Shown: piece by piece, positions 1 through 10,803 of the stretch
Layout of the letters: the number at the start of each line of letters is the position of its first letter
Numbering within the stretch: the first letter of the stretch is position 1
Origin: Escherichia coli
GTDB taxonomy: Bacteria > Pseudomonadota > Gammaproteobacteria > Enterobacterales > Enterobacteriaceae
Assembly (NCBI RefSeq): GCF_016903815.1
Contig: NZ_CP069974.1
Reading direction: 5' to 3' (one strand)
Length of the DNA: 64,000 bases
Position numbers and translations under genes: made by a program
Notes under the pieces: generated by a model
What the model was told of the DNA's origin: nothing
Database searches by the model: none
Seen by the model: the letters and a program-made list of their open reading frames with translations, nothing else

Positions 1-7
1 CGCCGGT

Positions 8-934
8 GTGGCCTTCGGCAAGCAATTTCCCGAGCAGGGCCCGCTCACTGCTGACAGCTTCTCCGGTGGCGAGGCGACCGTCGTTCCGGCGCTGACGCGG
101 CTCGGGTTTCGCATCATTCGCATCGGCGAAGACTGGTCCGAAGAAGAGGTCCTGGCCACGGTCGAAGACTATTTCGACATGCTGCGTGCCGAGGCGGCTG
201 GGGAGCCGTACAACAAGTCCGAGCACAACCAGGCACTGCGCCAACTGCTGAACGGTCGCAGCAAGTCTTCAGTCGAGCTCAAGCACCAGAACATTAGCGC
301 CGTACTCGATGCCCTGGGCCTGCCCTATATCAACGGCTACAAGCCACGCGGCAACAGCCAACTGCTGCTGCGTAAATCCGTACACGCCTACGTTCTGGAA
401 CATCAGCAGACGGTCGGCGCTCTTGTCGATGCCCTGGAGGAGGTAAAACTTCCGGGTGACAAAACCTACCGAGCGGCTTTGGTAGAACCACCCGCCCGTG
501 AAGTGCTTGTGCGTACCCCGGCATCTCTACGGCAACGCCTACCGCGAAAGTTCGATTATGCCGCTCGCGATGAAGCCAACCGCAAGCTGGGCCGGGCAGG
601 GGAGCAGTGGGTGATTGGCTACGAACAGCAACGCCTGACCGAGCTCGGCCACCCAGAGCTTTTTCAGCGGCTGGATTGGGTGTCCGACACCCAGGGAGAC
701 GGTGCGGGGTTCGACATCCTGTCGTTCGAAGAGGACGCCCATGAGCGCTTCATCGAGGTGAAAACCACCAATGGCGGGGTAGGCTCGTCTTTCTTGGTCA
801 GCCACAACGAACTCGAATTCTCCAAGGAGGCGGGCGATCAATTCCATCTGTATCGCGTGTTCCAGTTTCGGGACGGTCCGCGCCTGTTCACGCTACCCGG
901 CGACCTCAGCCAACATGTGCATCTCAAGCCGACG
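8..934 (+). pseudogene. DUF3883-like domain protein, 3' end interrupted by IS26; 5' end probably outside window
   Basis: ORF 8-961 runs directly into the IS26 left inverted repeat at 935; C-terminal part has the FIEVKTT...SHNELEFS...YRVF pattern I associate with DUF3883; ORF opens on a non-ATG codon at the window edge. Confidence 0.45.
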
Positions 935-1754
935 GGCACTGTTGCAAATAGTCGGTGGTGATAAACTTATCATCCCCTTTTGCTGATGGAGCTGCACATG
1001 AACCCATTCAAAGGCCGGCATTTTCAGCGTGACATCATTCTGTGGGCCGTACGCTGGTACTGCAAATACGGCATCAGTTACCGTGAGCTGCAGGAGATGC
1101 TGGCTGAACGCGGAGTGAATGTCGATCACTCCACGATTTACCGCTGGGTTCAGCGTTATGCGCCTGAAATGGAAAAACGGCTGCGCTGGTACTGGCGTAA
1201 CCCTTCCGATCTTTGCCCGTGGCACATGGATGAAACCTACGTGAAGGTCAATGGCCGCTGGGCGTATCTGTACCGGGCCGTCGACAGCCGGGGCCGCACT
1301 GTCGATTTTTATCTCTCCTCCCGTCGTAACAGCAAAGCTGCATACCGGTTTCTGGGTAAAATCCTCAACAACGTGAAGAAGTGGCAGATCCCACGATTCA
1401 TCAACACGGATAAAGCGCCCGCCTATGGTCGCGCGCTTGCTCTGCTCAAACGCGAAGGCCGGTGCCCGTCTGACGTTGAACACCGACAGATTAAGTACCG
1501 GAACAACGTGATTGAATGCGATCATGGCAAACTGAAACGGATAATCAACGCCACGCTGGGATTTAAATCCATGAAGACGGCTTACGCCACCATCAAAGGT
1601 ATTGAGGTGATGCGTGCACTACGCAAAGGCCAGGCCTCAGCATTTTATTATGGTGATCCCCTGGGCGAAATGCGCCTGGTAAGCAGAGTTTTTGAAATGT
1701 AAGGCCTTTGAATAAGACAAAAGGCTGCCTCATCGCTAACTTTGCAACAGTGCC
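935..1754 (+). mobile_element. IS26 (IS6 family), complete 820 bp
   Basis: Terminal inverted repeats GGCACTGTTGCAAA at 935-948 and TTTGCAACAGTGCC at 1741-1754; internal 234-aa Tnp26 ORF. Confidence 0.95.
998..1702 (+). CDS. tnpA: IS26 transposase Tnp26
   Basis: Protein MNPFKGRHFQRDIILWAVRWYCKYGISYRELQEM... matches Tnp26 from memory; 234 aa from ATG at 998. Confidence 0.95.
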   Translation: MNPFKGRHFQRDIILWAVRWYCKYGISYRELQEMLAERGVNVDHSTIYRWVQRYAPEMEKRLRWYWRNPSDLCPWHMDETYVKVNGRWAYLYRAVDSRGRTVDFYLSSRRNSKAAYRFLGKILNNVKKWQIPRFINTDKAPAYGRALALLKREGRCPSDVEHRQIKYRNNVIECDHGKLKRIINATLGFKSMKTAYATIKGIEVMRALRKGQASAFYYGDPLGEMRLVSRVFEM

Positions 1755-4468
1755 CTTTTTTCTGCCTCATACGACGCACGGGAAACCAGCAGACCTGTGC
1801 CATAGCCTTTTGCCACATCCACATACAGTAAGTCACCGCGTTTTATCTGCGCATTGATTTCCCCTCCCAGTTCAGTAAAACCGGTTCCTTCTGCAGCAAA
1901 CGACTTCGCCTCTGTCAGCAGGTCCACCATGCTGAAGGCCAGGTTTTTACTTTCCAGCACAGGAAGGGCCAGATGAATGGCCTGCTGTGCCGGCGTGTGA
2001 AGCCCGGCTTTCTGCAGACTGATAGCGGTTTCCAGCAATGTCTCACCGGCACGCGCCTTTATCTGATCAGAAACCACCGTAAAGGAGGGATGGCGGGCAA
2101 GTTTTTCCGCAGTACGGGGTTCATCCAGCGAGGAATACAGCCGGACATCACGACCACTGCGGGCCAGACCGTTCAGGGTCGCGTTGTCCATCGCCATCTG
2201 TGTGACGGAGGCAAAAACCGTCGCACTGTCGCTGACGGAATGCCCGGGCGTTTCCACCCAGCCGTTCTCCAGCTTCAGTGCCGTGAATGGTGAATCAGCC
2301 ACAGGCAGGGTGGCCGGTTCAGCCCGCCCCGGCACAACAACCGTCATCGCATCTTCACTGACGGATGCCACCTGCAGGCGGTCACCGCCGGAGACGCGGA
2401 GTCCGGGAATTTTCCCTGTCACCCTCAGTCGCTCGCCGTCTGCCACCGGCATTTTTTCCGGCCGGAACAGCGACCAGCTGCTGTCCAGGGAGGAAATACG
2501 CACCACCTGCGTTTCGCCCTGCGCATCCCGCAGGTTCAGGCTGTGACTCTGCGCTGTCACCCGGTCTATCACATAGCGGTCATGACTGCGTGTCTCCGGG
2601 TTCCACTGCTCCATCACCATCCCCGGTCGGTACATATCCCGCAGATAACGGCTCCGGCTGTCCAGCCAGACCGGTGACAGTGCAGTCATGGTCACCTCAG
2701 GGTGTCCGAGCACGCCCTGCGTTTTCAGCTCACTGCGAATGGCCTCTGTCAGTATGGCCTGTTCCCGTACCCCGCTGACCTGTGCCACGCTCTCTTCTCC
2801 GGCTTTCACGCTGGCCGCAAAATCTCCGGCCAGCCGGGCATAGCGGACATTACGGTCCGGTTCACTGATGATGGTGGCCGGTCGCTGTTCTCCCCCCTGC
2901 CAGCGATATGTGTTCACCCCGGCATCCTTCATGGCCATCAGTGCACTGCCTGTACCGGTTCGCTGCCCGCTGTCGGTTATCAGGACCTGTACGTTATGAC
3001 GTGCGGCACCATCCAGCAGGGTTAACGTCTCTTTCAGGGAGAGTTTTTCGCCCTGGTCGACGATAACGGTACTGCCCGGCGGGAAGGCCATGCCTTCCAG
3101 CAACTGACGACGTCCGGTTATCAGTTCACCGGACAGCCGTTCATCCTGCTTCAGGTTCATCTGCGAGCGACGGTCAGCAGCGATAATCTGCACCTCCCGC
3201 CCCTGCTCCCGGGCCATCATGACCAGTTCAGCCACCCGCTCACGCTGCCCGGCTGCACCGCCCTGCCCGGACACAATGGCCAGCGACGGGCGATCCTGTG
3301 CCAGAACACTGACGGCATCGCTGTAACCGGCCGTCCGGGGGACACTTTTCTCCGGATGTACGGTCACCCGGTTCTGTTTCATGATGTCACGACTGAGTGC
3401 CCGGACTGACAGCTCATCGAGCACATGAATCCCGGACGTGAACAGCCCCTTCTCACGATCGAGGGGGATAAGCTGCTCACGGCTGATGGCCTCATCGATA
3501 CCGGCGCGTGCCCGTTCAATCACACCATTTTCCGGCGGCAGTATGCCGACCGTCCTGGCCAGCACGTCCGTATACGTGAACTGCACTTTTCGTTCACTTA
3601 ATCCGGCAATGGCCTGTGTCACCGCCTGCTGCACATCCGGCCCGTCCTGTGAAGCAGGCCCGGGCGCCTGCGTGCGGATCTCCGCACGCTGATCCGCCGC
3701 GTCACGATATGCCCGGATGTCGAACCCGGTTTCCTTCAGCGTCTGCATCCATTCAGCCATTCTGACTTCAGGATCGACGTGCTGTTTGGATTTACGCGTA
3801 TCCAGTGCCGCCACATCCCGGGATTTCAGCGAGGCGTCTTCACCGACGGCCTCCCGGATAGCCTGTGAGCGTCCGGAGAAGGCTTCCACCGGTACGCCCG
3901 GCATCTCCCACATACCGTGCTTACCGACCACTTCGGTTTCATAACCCAGCGCCTCAACGCGCTGACGTAACTCACTCTGATATATTTTCCCGAACGCAAT
4001 CCGGTTCGCGAGCACGTTCTCGGAAAATCCGGTTTTCCCCACTTTGTCACTGCTCAGTGTCTTCCATTCGCCGTTATGCTGCGTGACATTAGCCACCACC
4101 ACATGCGTGTGTAACTGTGGGTCCTGATCGCGACTGGTGTCATGGTTAAACAGTGCCATCACCAGATTACCGGTCAGCACCGTTTCTGACTGTCCGTCCG
4201 TCATCACCCGTGTGGAAGCCAGCGCCTCCACCTGACGGACAGCAAAATCCACAGCCTGGTTATGTGCATCAATAAGACGTTTATCCCCCCCGAGCATGGC
4301 CATCATGGAGACACTTTTGGGGGCGGAGAAGGTCAGGTCGTAGCCGGGACGATGCTTATTACTGCCATCCTGCATGCGGCTTAAATCCGCCCCGTCCGGC
4401 AGCCTGCCCTCCAGAAGACGGGTAAAAACATCCTTATCGACGCTGCCCTGCAGCCCAAGCTGTTCAGC
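1755..4468 (-). pseudogene. traI: traI relaxase/helicase fragment (about residues 36-947), truncated at both ends
   Basis: ORF 1736-4489 matches F TraI from ...[55 protein letters not shown] onward; 3' end cut by IS26, 5' end fused to a traD fragment. Confidence 0.85.
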
Positions 4469-4643
4469 CCCCTGAACGGAAAAAAGCACGGGTGTTCATG
4501 ACGTCAAACAGCGTGGCCGCCGCTTTCTCACCGTAGATATCTTCCAGCTGGGCATAGGACTGGATACCAAACACATAACAGCCACCGAACTTACGGGCTT
4601 CCGGCAGGATCTCCACCAGGTCCGGCAGTTTGTGTAACGTGGG
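4469..4643 (-). pseudogene. traD: traD internal fragment (coupling protein), deletion remnant
   Basis: Minus-strand translation [52 protein letters not shown] matches an internal TraD segment; flanked by traU and traI fragments. Confidence 0.7.
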
Positions 4644-4809
4644 TACCCTGGCTGACTTTGATACTGCCCAGCGAGAGCGGGAAAATACAGCTCCAGCAGA
4701 TATCCGTGATCGGGTTTACAAAACGCCCCTCACAGGCAGAATCCGCAGACGCCGCAGGGACATGACCGGCGAGAAGGAATAACATCAGCAGCCACAGTCT
4801 TCGCTTCAT
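4644..4809 (-). pseudogene. traU: traU 5' fragment (signal peptide plus first ~55 codons)
   Basis: [55 protein letters not shown] matches the TraU N-terminus, then the frame runs into traD-derived sequence. Confidence 0.75.
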
Positions 4810-5150
4810 TTTCTGCCCTCCTCTGCCGGAATAAATTCCACCTTCAGGAAGCGATCGCCGGGAACGGCGCTCACCCGTGCCGGGACCTGATCAATGCCGA
4901 GGCGCTGGCAGAGCACACCGTTCTGGTCAAAGTAAATACGGCTGTCCAGCGCTTTCTGCATCTCCGGGATACTGCCCTGCACGAGGATAATTTTGCTCTC
5001 CAGTGTGGGCGGCGTCTGGCGTTTCATCCAGGCCACCTGCGCCGGATCATCGCCATTGATGAAATACAGCGTCTGGTTAAAAGGAACATACTGCAGCGGA
5101 TTCATCACTTCACCCTGACGGGCAAACACCCGCCCTTCGTTATCCCGGAT
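4806..5150 (-). pseudogene. traW: traW 3' fragment (C-terminal ~100 codons), N-terminal part deleted
   Basis: IRDNEGRVFARQGEVMNPLQYVPFNQTLYFINGDDPAQVAWMKRQTPPTLESKIILVQGSIPEMQKALDSRIYFDQNGV... matches the TraW C-terminus; the upstream part of ORF 4806-5384 is out-of-frame traC sequence. Confidence 0.7.
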
Positions 5151-7467
5151 ACAGCTGGTTGTATTTTGCGAACTCCTTCGCACTCTGTTTGAGGATAATT
5201 TTGTAGGAGGAGTTACCCCATGCCGCACGGGCCGCACTGGAGGCCTTGTCAGAGTCAAAGTCGACGATGTTCTGTGTGATGGTGATATAAGCACCGGTAT
5301 GACGACGGGCGGTACGGTAACCTTTCTCAATAAACTCACCGACCTTGTAATTTTTGAAGTCCAGCAGACGCCAGCCTTCATCAATGACGTTCAGTTTCTT
5401 GAGGTTACGCGGCGTGCGGTACATCCTGTTCTCGATGTAGATAATCAGGGAGAACATCACCGCAACCAGCAGTGACGGACGGTCTTCCAGTCCGCCCAGC
5501 TCCAGCACCACCATTTTTGCGTCATCCCGCAGGGACGGCTCATCAGAGTTAAAATACTGACCGTAAGTGCCGTTGGCAGTGTACTGGTCAAGCAGCACAA
5601 TCATTTCGTCCAGACGGCTGCGGATAGTCGGTGACCCGGCATACTGCTCGCTGTCACTGGCGTTTTTCAGGAAATCCACCACGTCATCAATACGTGCCCT
5701 GTTCTCTTTGGCCAGCCAGGAGGCCCTGACCGCCTGCAGCAGCAGACCTTCATGCACTTCATCCAGGTTACCGTTGGGGCTGGCCATCACTGACAACTGG
5801 TCACGGACACGCTCCGCTGACTGGTCGATATCGGTGATATTCGCAAACGGGTTAAAACGCAGGGTTTCACCGTCCAGATATACGCCACCCATGTTCTCAC
5901 ACAGGGACTTGTAGCCATCCCCCATGTCGAACACCACGGCAAAGCCCCCGGAGTCCAGCACGCTGCGGATAAGGGGCTGTATCAGTCCGGTTTTACCGGC
6001 CCCGGAGGTGCCACAGACCGCCATGTTGTAGTTGGTGTTATTCATCCCCCGGAAGAAAATATCGATAAACGCCAGCTGGTTACGGTAGGTGGGTGCCAGC
6101 AGACCTGCCGGTGTCAGGGGGTTATCCGCCACTAACGGCATCAGGTTGGCAACATTAAAGCTCTCTGCGCGCTGAACCACACCGGCCTCTTTCAGCTGTT
6201 TAAACAGCCCTTTCCCGGCCATAAAGGGCAGGCAGGTCAGGAAATTGCGCATGTGGTTAAAGCGCGGTGAAATCAGCTCAAAACCGTTTTTACGGAAGCT
6301 GTTCAGGATGTCCTGCTCCACTTCCAGTGCCGTTTCATTATTGTCCTTGCAGAAGGCTGTGATGTTGAGGAAGTAGGACACGACAGAAGACTGACCGGAG
6401 CCCAGCCGCTGACGCAGTTCCCCCCACTCCTTCGCCTCTTTCTCCACGGACGGAAACCATTTGGCATAGGAGGTCTTCGACTTTTTCTCCAGGTCCATGT
6501 ACTTCAGGTTGGCTTCGCTGTGGGTTTTCACCTGGTCTTCCACCACCAGAGTCAGCGTCAGGATGAACGGACAGGAGATGGACAGTTCCGGGTTCAGCAG
6601 GTTGCTGTAGTTGTCGGCCATATTCCACAGGAAGGCGATTTCCGGGTTACGGGCCAGATGGAAATTCAGGATGCGGGCCGTGCTGTTCCTGCCGTTCTCA
6701 CGCAGGCCCAGCGTCAGGTAATCAGCCCGGACTTTCAGGTCAAAACTGTCCTCCACACACTGATAATTCAGATCAGAATACGGGTCCAGCTGACGTCTTT
6801 TCGGGTACAGGGAGTCCGGGTTATGATTAATCATCTCCCCGACAATATCGATAAAGGCCTGTGCATCCACCGTCTGTGTGGCGATACTGGCCCCCTGTAA
6901 CGACGCCCGGATGATTTTCACCAGGTTTTCCATTTCCAGAATGTCAGCCCGGCTTTTTTTCTTCGAGGGAGAACAGTACGAGAAGAATACCCGGTAATGG
7001 CGCAGGGTCAGGGGCAGATTCATCCCCTCCGGCAGCGGAAACTGTGTCGCTGCCGCGTTCATATAATAGGCACGGGTAATGGCGTTAAACCGTTCAGCCT
7101 GTTCACCGGACCAGGAGAACTCACGCAGCCCGTATTCAATTCTGTCACCAACAAGCTGGCTGGACTTCAGATGGATGCAGAACGGCACTCCGCGTGGCAG
7201 TTTGGTGCGCAGCATGTGGTCGAGCGCCTCCACAATGGACTCATTCGCCCCATTGATGGGAATGGCTTCCAGCATAAAGCCCATCGTGGTGTCATTCATG
7301 AACAGACCGGACTCCTGGTTGTAATCACGGTACGGCAGCAGACGGCTGAACTGCGGGAAGCTCATTTCGCCCAGAACTTCATTGGCCTTTGCGGATTCGT
7401 CAGGCAGTTTCAGTGCTGTGACGAGGGAGTTAACCGCCTGAGTGACGGCCTCAAGTGGGTTATTCAC
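5140..7467 (-). CDS. traC: TraC (VirB4-like pilus assembly ATPase), C-terminally truncated at 775 aa by deletion
   Basis: MNNPLEAVTQAVNSLVTALKLPDESAKANEVLGEMSF... matches F TraC; ORF stops at ...KYNQLYPG where the traW fragment begins; no room for trbI. Confidence 0.8.
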   Translation of the reverse strand: MNNPLEAVTQAVNSLVTALKLPDESAKANEVLGEMSFPQFSRLLPYRDYNQESGLFMNDTTMGFMLEAIPINGANESIVEALDHMLRTKLPRGVPFCIHLKSSQLVGDRIEYGLREFSWSGEQAERFNAITRAYYMNAAATQFPLPEGMNLPLTLRHYRVFFSYCSPSKKKSRADILEMENLVKIIRASLQGASIATQTVDAQAFIDIVGEMINHNPDSLYPKRRQLDPYSDLNYQCVEDSFDLKVRADYLTLGLRENGRNSTARILNFHLARNPEIAFLWNMADNYSNLLNPELSISCPFILTLTLVVEDQVKTHSEANLKYMDLEKKSKTSYAKWFPSVEKEAKEWGELRQRLGSGQSSVVSYFLNITAFCKDNNETALEVEQDILNSFRKNGFELISPRFNHMRNFLTCLPFMAGKGLFKQLKEAGVVQRAESFNVANLMPLVADNPLTPAGLLAPTYRNQLAFIDIFFRGMNNTNYNMAVCGTSGAGKTGLIQPLIRSVLDSGGFAVVFDMGDGYKSLCENMGGVYLDGETLRFNPFANITDIDQSAERVRDQLSVMASPNGNLDEVHEGLLLQAVRASWLAKENRARIDDVVDFLKNASDSEQYAGSPTIRSRLDEMIVLLDQYTANGTYGQYFNSDEPSLRDDAKMVVLELGGLEDRPSLLVAVMFSLIIYIENRMYRTPRNLKKLNVIDEGWRLLDFKNYKVGEFIEKGYRTARRHTGAYITITQNIVDFDSDKASSAARAAWGNSSYKIILKQSAKEFAKYNQLYPG

Positions 7468-7626
7468 ATGAATTCCTTAGTTGAAAAATAAAGCGAGAAA
7501 TGCGGTAGCCATGAAGGGAATACCTGTAATTAACGCGCCATTTCCCGGCGCATATACAAAGATTTCGGTTTTCTGAATATCAACTCATGTTCATCCGGAA
7601 TTAAATCAATATGTTCTGCGACTGAC

Positions 7627-7848
7627 TTATGCATAATGTTTTCTCTGCTTTTCCTGATACGCCTGACATTCAACGCACAACGTCACACCGGGAAATATTT
7701 TCCGCCGGGCTTCCGGAATAGGATTTCCGCATGCTTCACAGAGATAAACAGGAATACCATGAACATTTATTTTCTGGCGTATCCGGTTTATTCCTGTCAT
7801 GGTCAGTTGTTCTGTCACTGAATATGCTTCATCGGCTTCATCACTCAC
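7627..7848 (-). CDS. traR: TraR
   Basis: 73 aa MSDEADEAYSVTEQLTMTGINRIRQKINVHGIPVYLCEACGNPIPEARRKIF... matches F TraR. Confidence 0.85.
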   Translation of the reverse strand: MSDEADEAYSVTEQLTMTGINRIRQKINVHGIPVYLCEACGNPIPEARRKIFPGVTLCVECQAYQEKQRKHYA

Positions 7849-7982
7849 GGAATATTCCTCCCGACATGTTCTGACACGCTACCGCCCATCCCTTTTCACG
7901 CACAGGGCACTCGTTTTACAGGCAGATTTTGAATACAGAAAGCCCGCCGGCATTGCCGGCTGATATACAACTTCAGGGCCAG

Positions 7983-8498
7983 TTAATTAATACGTGGTTT
8001 TCCCCACGCAGACGGTTTAATAACAAAAAACACACTGGATGGCTGATGATAAACATCCTGATTATCAATATAAGGCGCTATCCATAATGCAGCCGTCTGC
8101 TCACCCGTTCTTAGCGGGCGGGGAGGTGTTACCGGCGCAACTGAACTGACCGGAACAATCGTTTTCACTTCCCGGGCAGCCGTAAACAACGGACGTGGTG
8201 CCAGCAGTTTCTGCTCCGGAAGTGCCGTCACCGCAGGTCTGCTGCCGGACGGAGGGGTCGCGGTGACGGTCTGCACCGGCATTGTCCGGAAGTTCCCTTC
8301 AGCCAGGCGCGGCAGTGATGCCGCAACCGGCTTTGCTTCTGAGGACTGCTCCAGTTCTTTGGCCTTCTCATTGGCCTGCTCCATCGTCATACAGGTATCG
8401 GATGTGGTGGCGTTACACTCAAATTCCGTACTGGTTCCGGCACAGCCGGAAAGTAATAACGTTCCCAGCAGAGGAATAAATAAAGAAATCTGTTTCAT
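7983..8498 (-). CDS. traV: TraV lipoprotein
   Basis: 171 aa, lipobox LLSGC, matches F TraV; position between traR and traP region. Confidence 0.8.
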   Translation of the reverse strand: MKQISLFIPLLGTLLLSGCAGTSTEFECNATTSDTCMTMEQANEKAKELEQSSEAKPVAASLPRLAEGNFRTMPVQTVTATPPSGSRPAVTALPEQKLLAPRPLFTAAREVKTIVPVSSVAPVTPPRPLRTGEQTAALWIAPYIDNQDVYHQPSSVFFVIKPSAWGKPRIN

Positions 8499-8857
8499 TA
8501 CCCTTCTCCTTTTTTATTACTCTCCACAACAGCAGAAATTAACTCTACTGTCAGATTTGTTTTTCCTGCACAGGGTTGTCCGGAGACTACTGTATTTCCC
8601 GGAGAAGAAAATAAGCTCATCGACATACCCTTCTTCATCACACCGACAGCTGCCATATTAAAATTGTGCGGCAATGATTCAGAACCGAATTCCTTCAGTG
8701 CAGGAAGTACGATTCTTGTGGTGCAGTTACTGAGAACAGCATTCATAAAATCATCTGATACGCTTTTATCCGGTACAGAGCGTGCAGTAATAATATTACG
8801 CATGTTCATTTTTATCTCCGTTGTTTCTGTTTGCCCTGTCATCAGGGAAATAAACAT
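8498..8857 (-). CDS. small ORF in the trbD/trbG position of the F tra operon
   Basis: Position between traP and traV as in F; identity of the product not verified. Confidence 0.35.
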   Translation of the reverse strand: MFISLMTGQTETTEIKMNMRNIITARSVPDKSVSDDFMNAVLSNCTTRIVLPALKEFGSESLPHNFNMAAVGVMKKGMSMSLFSSPGNTVVSGQPCAGKTNLTVELISAVVESNKKGEG

Positions 8858-9383
8858 GGCATTTCCTGATTTTTTCCGACAGAGAAGTATCTTCCGTATA
8901 AACTTCCTTCAGATGTTCATCTGCGGTTCCCACCCGGACACATTTCATTTTTCCGGGTCGCACCGGATATTTCCCGGTGATCGCTGCCAGCGAGACATAC
9001 ATCAGTGCCAGTGTTGCCCAGAATGCGGTGACCAGTTGCATCAGTGACCGGTCAGTCTCCCTGACATAATCTGCAGCATCAGCCGCGCGGTAATGGCAGA
9101 TATCCTGTATTTCTGATCTGCCTGAAGAATCAGAGGAAGAAAACCAGCATTCACTGACCGGGAACTGTCCGGCAGGTGCTGTTTGTCTTACGAAGTTAAT
9201 CTCCTTAACCAGTAATTTCCCCGGCGTGGTGTTGTCCTTCCATAAAACAAACAGAGCCATCAGGGCCATTGTGGCCAGCGGCCAGATAACCACAAACCTG
9301 ACGACCCACAGCAGCCAGCGAACGACAAACGCCACACGGAATGTCAGTGCATCACCCGCCATTTCCGCCCTCCTTGCCGGCAT
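8796..9383 (-). CDS. traP: TraP
   Basis: 195-aa hydrophobic protein in the traP position downstream of traB; length matches F TraP. Confidence 0.55.
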   Translation of the reverse strand: MPARRAEMAGDALTFRVAFVVRWLLWVVRFVVIWPLATMALMALFVLWKDNTTPGKLLVKEINFVRQTAPAGQFPVSECWFSSSDSSGRSEIQDICHYRAADAADYVRETDRSLMQLVTAFWATLALMYVSLAAITGKYPVRPGKMKCVRVGTADEHLKEVYTEDTSLSEKIRKCHVYFPDDRANRNNGDKNEHA

Positions 9384-10803
9384 CCCCGCCCTGCGGGTTC
9401 TTGTCTCCGGACATAAACTGCTGCGGATTCAGATTGCCCAGCTGCTTCAGCATCTGGTCGGTGTTAAAACCGTTCAGGTGGCTTTCTGCCGAGGGAGGAT
9501 TCGGCACAGGGCTTTCCGGGTTACCCTCTTCCGCTGTACTCTGTGACTGCTCCAGCGCCATTTCCTCCACGGTTTTCAGCTGGAAGCCGTCCTGGAACAC
9601 CACTGTCACTTCGTTGCCCGCACCAATCGGTATCACCGGGTGATACTGTTCGGCACGTTTGATGTAGTAGTCACTGAGCGTCTGTGCGGCTTTCGATGCG
9701 CCGCCACCGATACCCATTTTAAGGACATCGCCGGCCCCGTAAGCGGCTGTGGCACCCAGCCCGACAGCCGGCTGGGAGGCGCGCTCCATTCCCTGACCGA
9801 TACCGTCAACAAATCCCGCGCCCCATGCCCAGCCGAGGATTTTGCCGTTACGCATCACCACTTCGCCCTTGATACCGTTTTTACCCCGGAAGCTGACATG
9901 CCCCTTAATCGGCATATCAATGGTTTTGCCATTCTTCAGGCAGCTGATATTACGGGTGCGAACAATAGCACGTTCACTGGAGACATCCCCCCAGGCTTCC
10001 AGCCCCACAAAACATCCCGTTGCGTCATACGTCTTGCTGTTCGGCATTTCCACCAGACCGGTGATACGCAGCTGCATCGGCACCGTGGATTCATTACCGG
10101 TGACTGAGGCATTGGCATCCGCCCCTTCAATCAGCATGGCTTTCGCAAAACTTCCTGACGGAATGTACGGCAGCGATGGTCCCTGTTTTCCCTCATTACG
10201 GGTAAACACCTTACGCTGTATCCGGTTAGGCACCGGCACAGACTGGTACATCACCTGTGGTGGTGGCGTGACACCATTCCCGGGATAAAACGCCGTCGGC
10301 GGTGGAACAGCAACGCTGCCCTGCGGCGGGAAGGATACGGGGGTGTTTCCCGGCTGTGGTTCGCCTTCCGGCCCGGGCGGTGAGGCTGGCGTCTGCGGTA
10401 CAGGCTCACCGGTCGCCGTGACGGGATTAGCACCCAGGGCTTTTACCTGCTCTGCCAGGGCGGCATTGTCCTGTCCCAGTTTTTCAATACGACGCTGGTC
10501 ATCACCGCGCTGTTTGTTCAGGACATCCAGTTCACGACGGATTTCCTCATACTGCTTCTGCATCTGCGCTGCCGTCACCTGCATCTCTGTGGTGGCATGC
10601 TGACGCACCTTGTCATCAAAGGTCGTATCCACCACACCGGTCATATCCGGCACAGGCTCCTGTTCAGCCACGGTTTCCCCGTTACCGGACATGTCCACAT
10701 CAGACAGATACAGTGCCCCACCAATCGCGGAGGCTGTACCGACAACCACAATCCCCAGCCACAGGTACTGCTTGCGTTTCACAATGGTGTTGATACTGGC
10801 CAT
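9352..10803 (-). CDS. traB: TraB (VirB10-like)
   Basis: Pro-rich middle region and conserved C-terminal domain; matches F TraB. Confidence 0.85.
   Translation of the reverse strand: MASINTIVKRKQYLWLGIVVVGTASAIGGALYLSDVDMSGNGETVAEQEPVPDMTGVVDTTFDDKVRQHATTEMQVTAAQMQKQYEEIRRELDVLNKQRGDDQRRIEKLGQDNAALAEQVKALGANPVTATGEPVPQTPASPPGPEGEPQPGNTPVSFPPQGSVAVPPPTAFYPGNGVTPPPQVMYQSVPVPNRIQRKVFTRNEGKQGPSLPYIPSGSFAKAMLIEGADANASVTGNESTVPMQLRITGLVEMPNSKTYDATGCFVGLEAWGDVSSERAIVRTRNISCLKNGKTIDMPIKGHVSFRGKNGIKGEVVMRNGKILGWAWGAGFVDGIGQGMERASQPAVGLGATAAYGAGDVLKMGIGGGASKAAQTLSDYYIKRAEQYHPVIPIGAGNEVTVVFQDGFQLKTVEEMALEQSQSTAEEGNPESPVPNPPSAESHLNGFNTDQMLKQLGNLNPQQFMSGDKNPQGGDAGKEGGNGG

Noticed and set aside
1973-4086. 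Multiple 70-140 aa ORFs antisense to or out of frame with traI
   Set aside because: Shadow ORFs in a GC-rich coding region already explained by the traI fragment.
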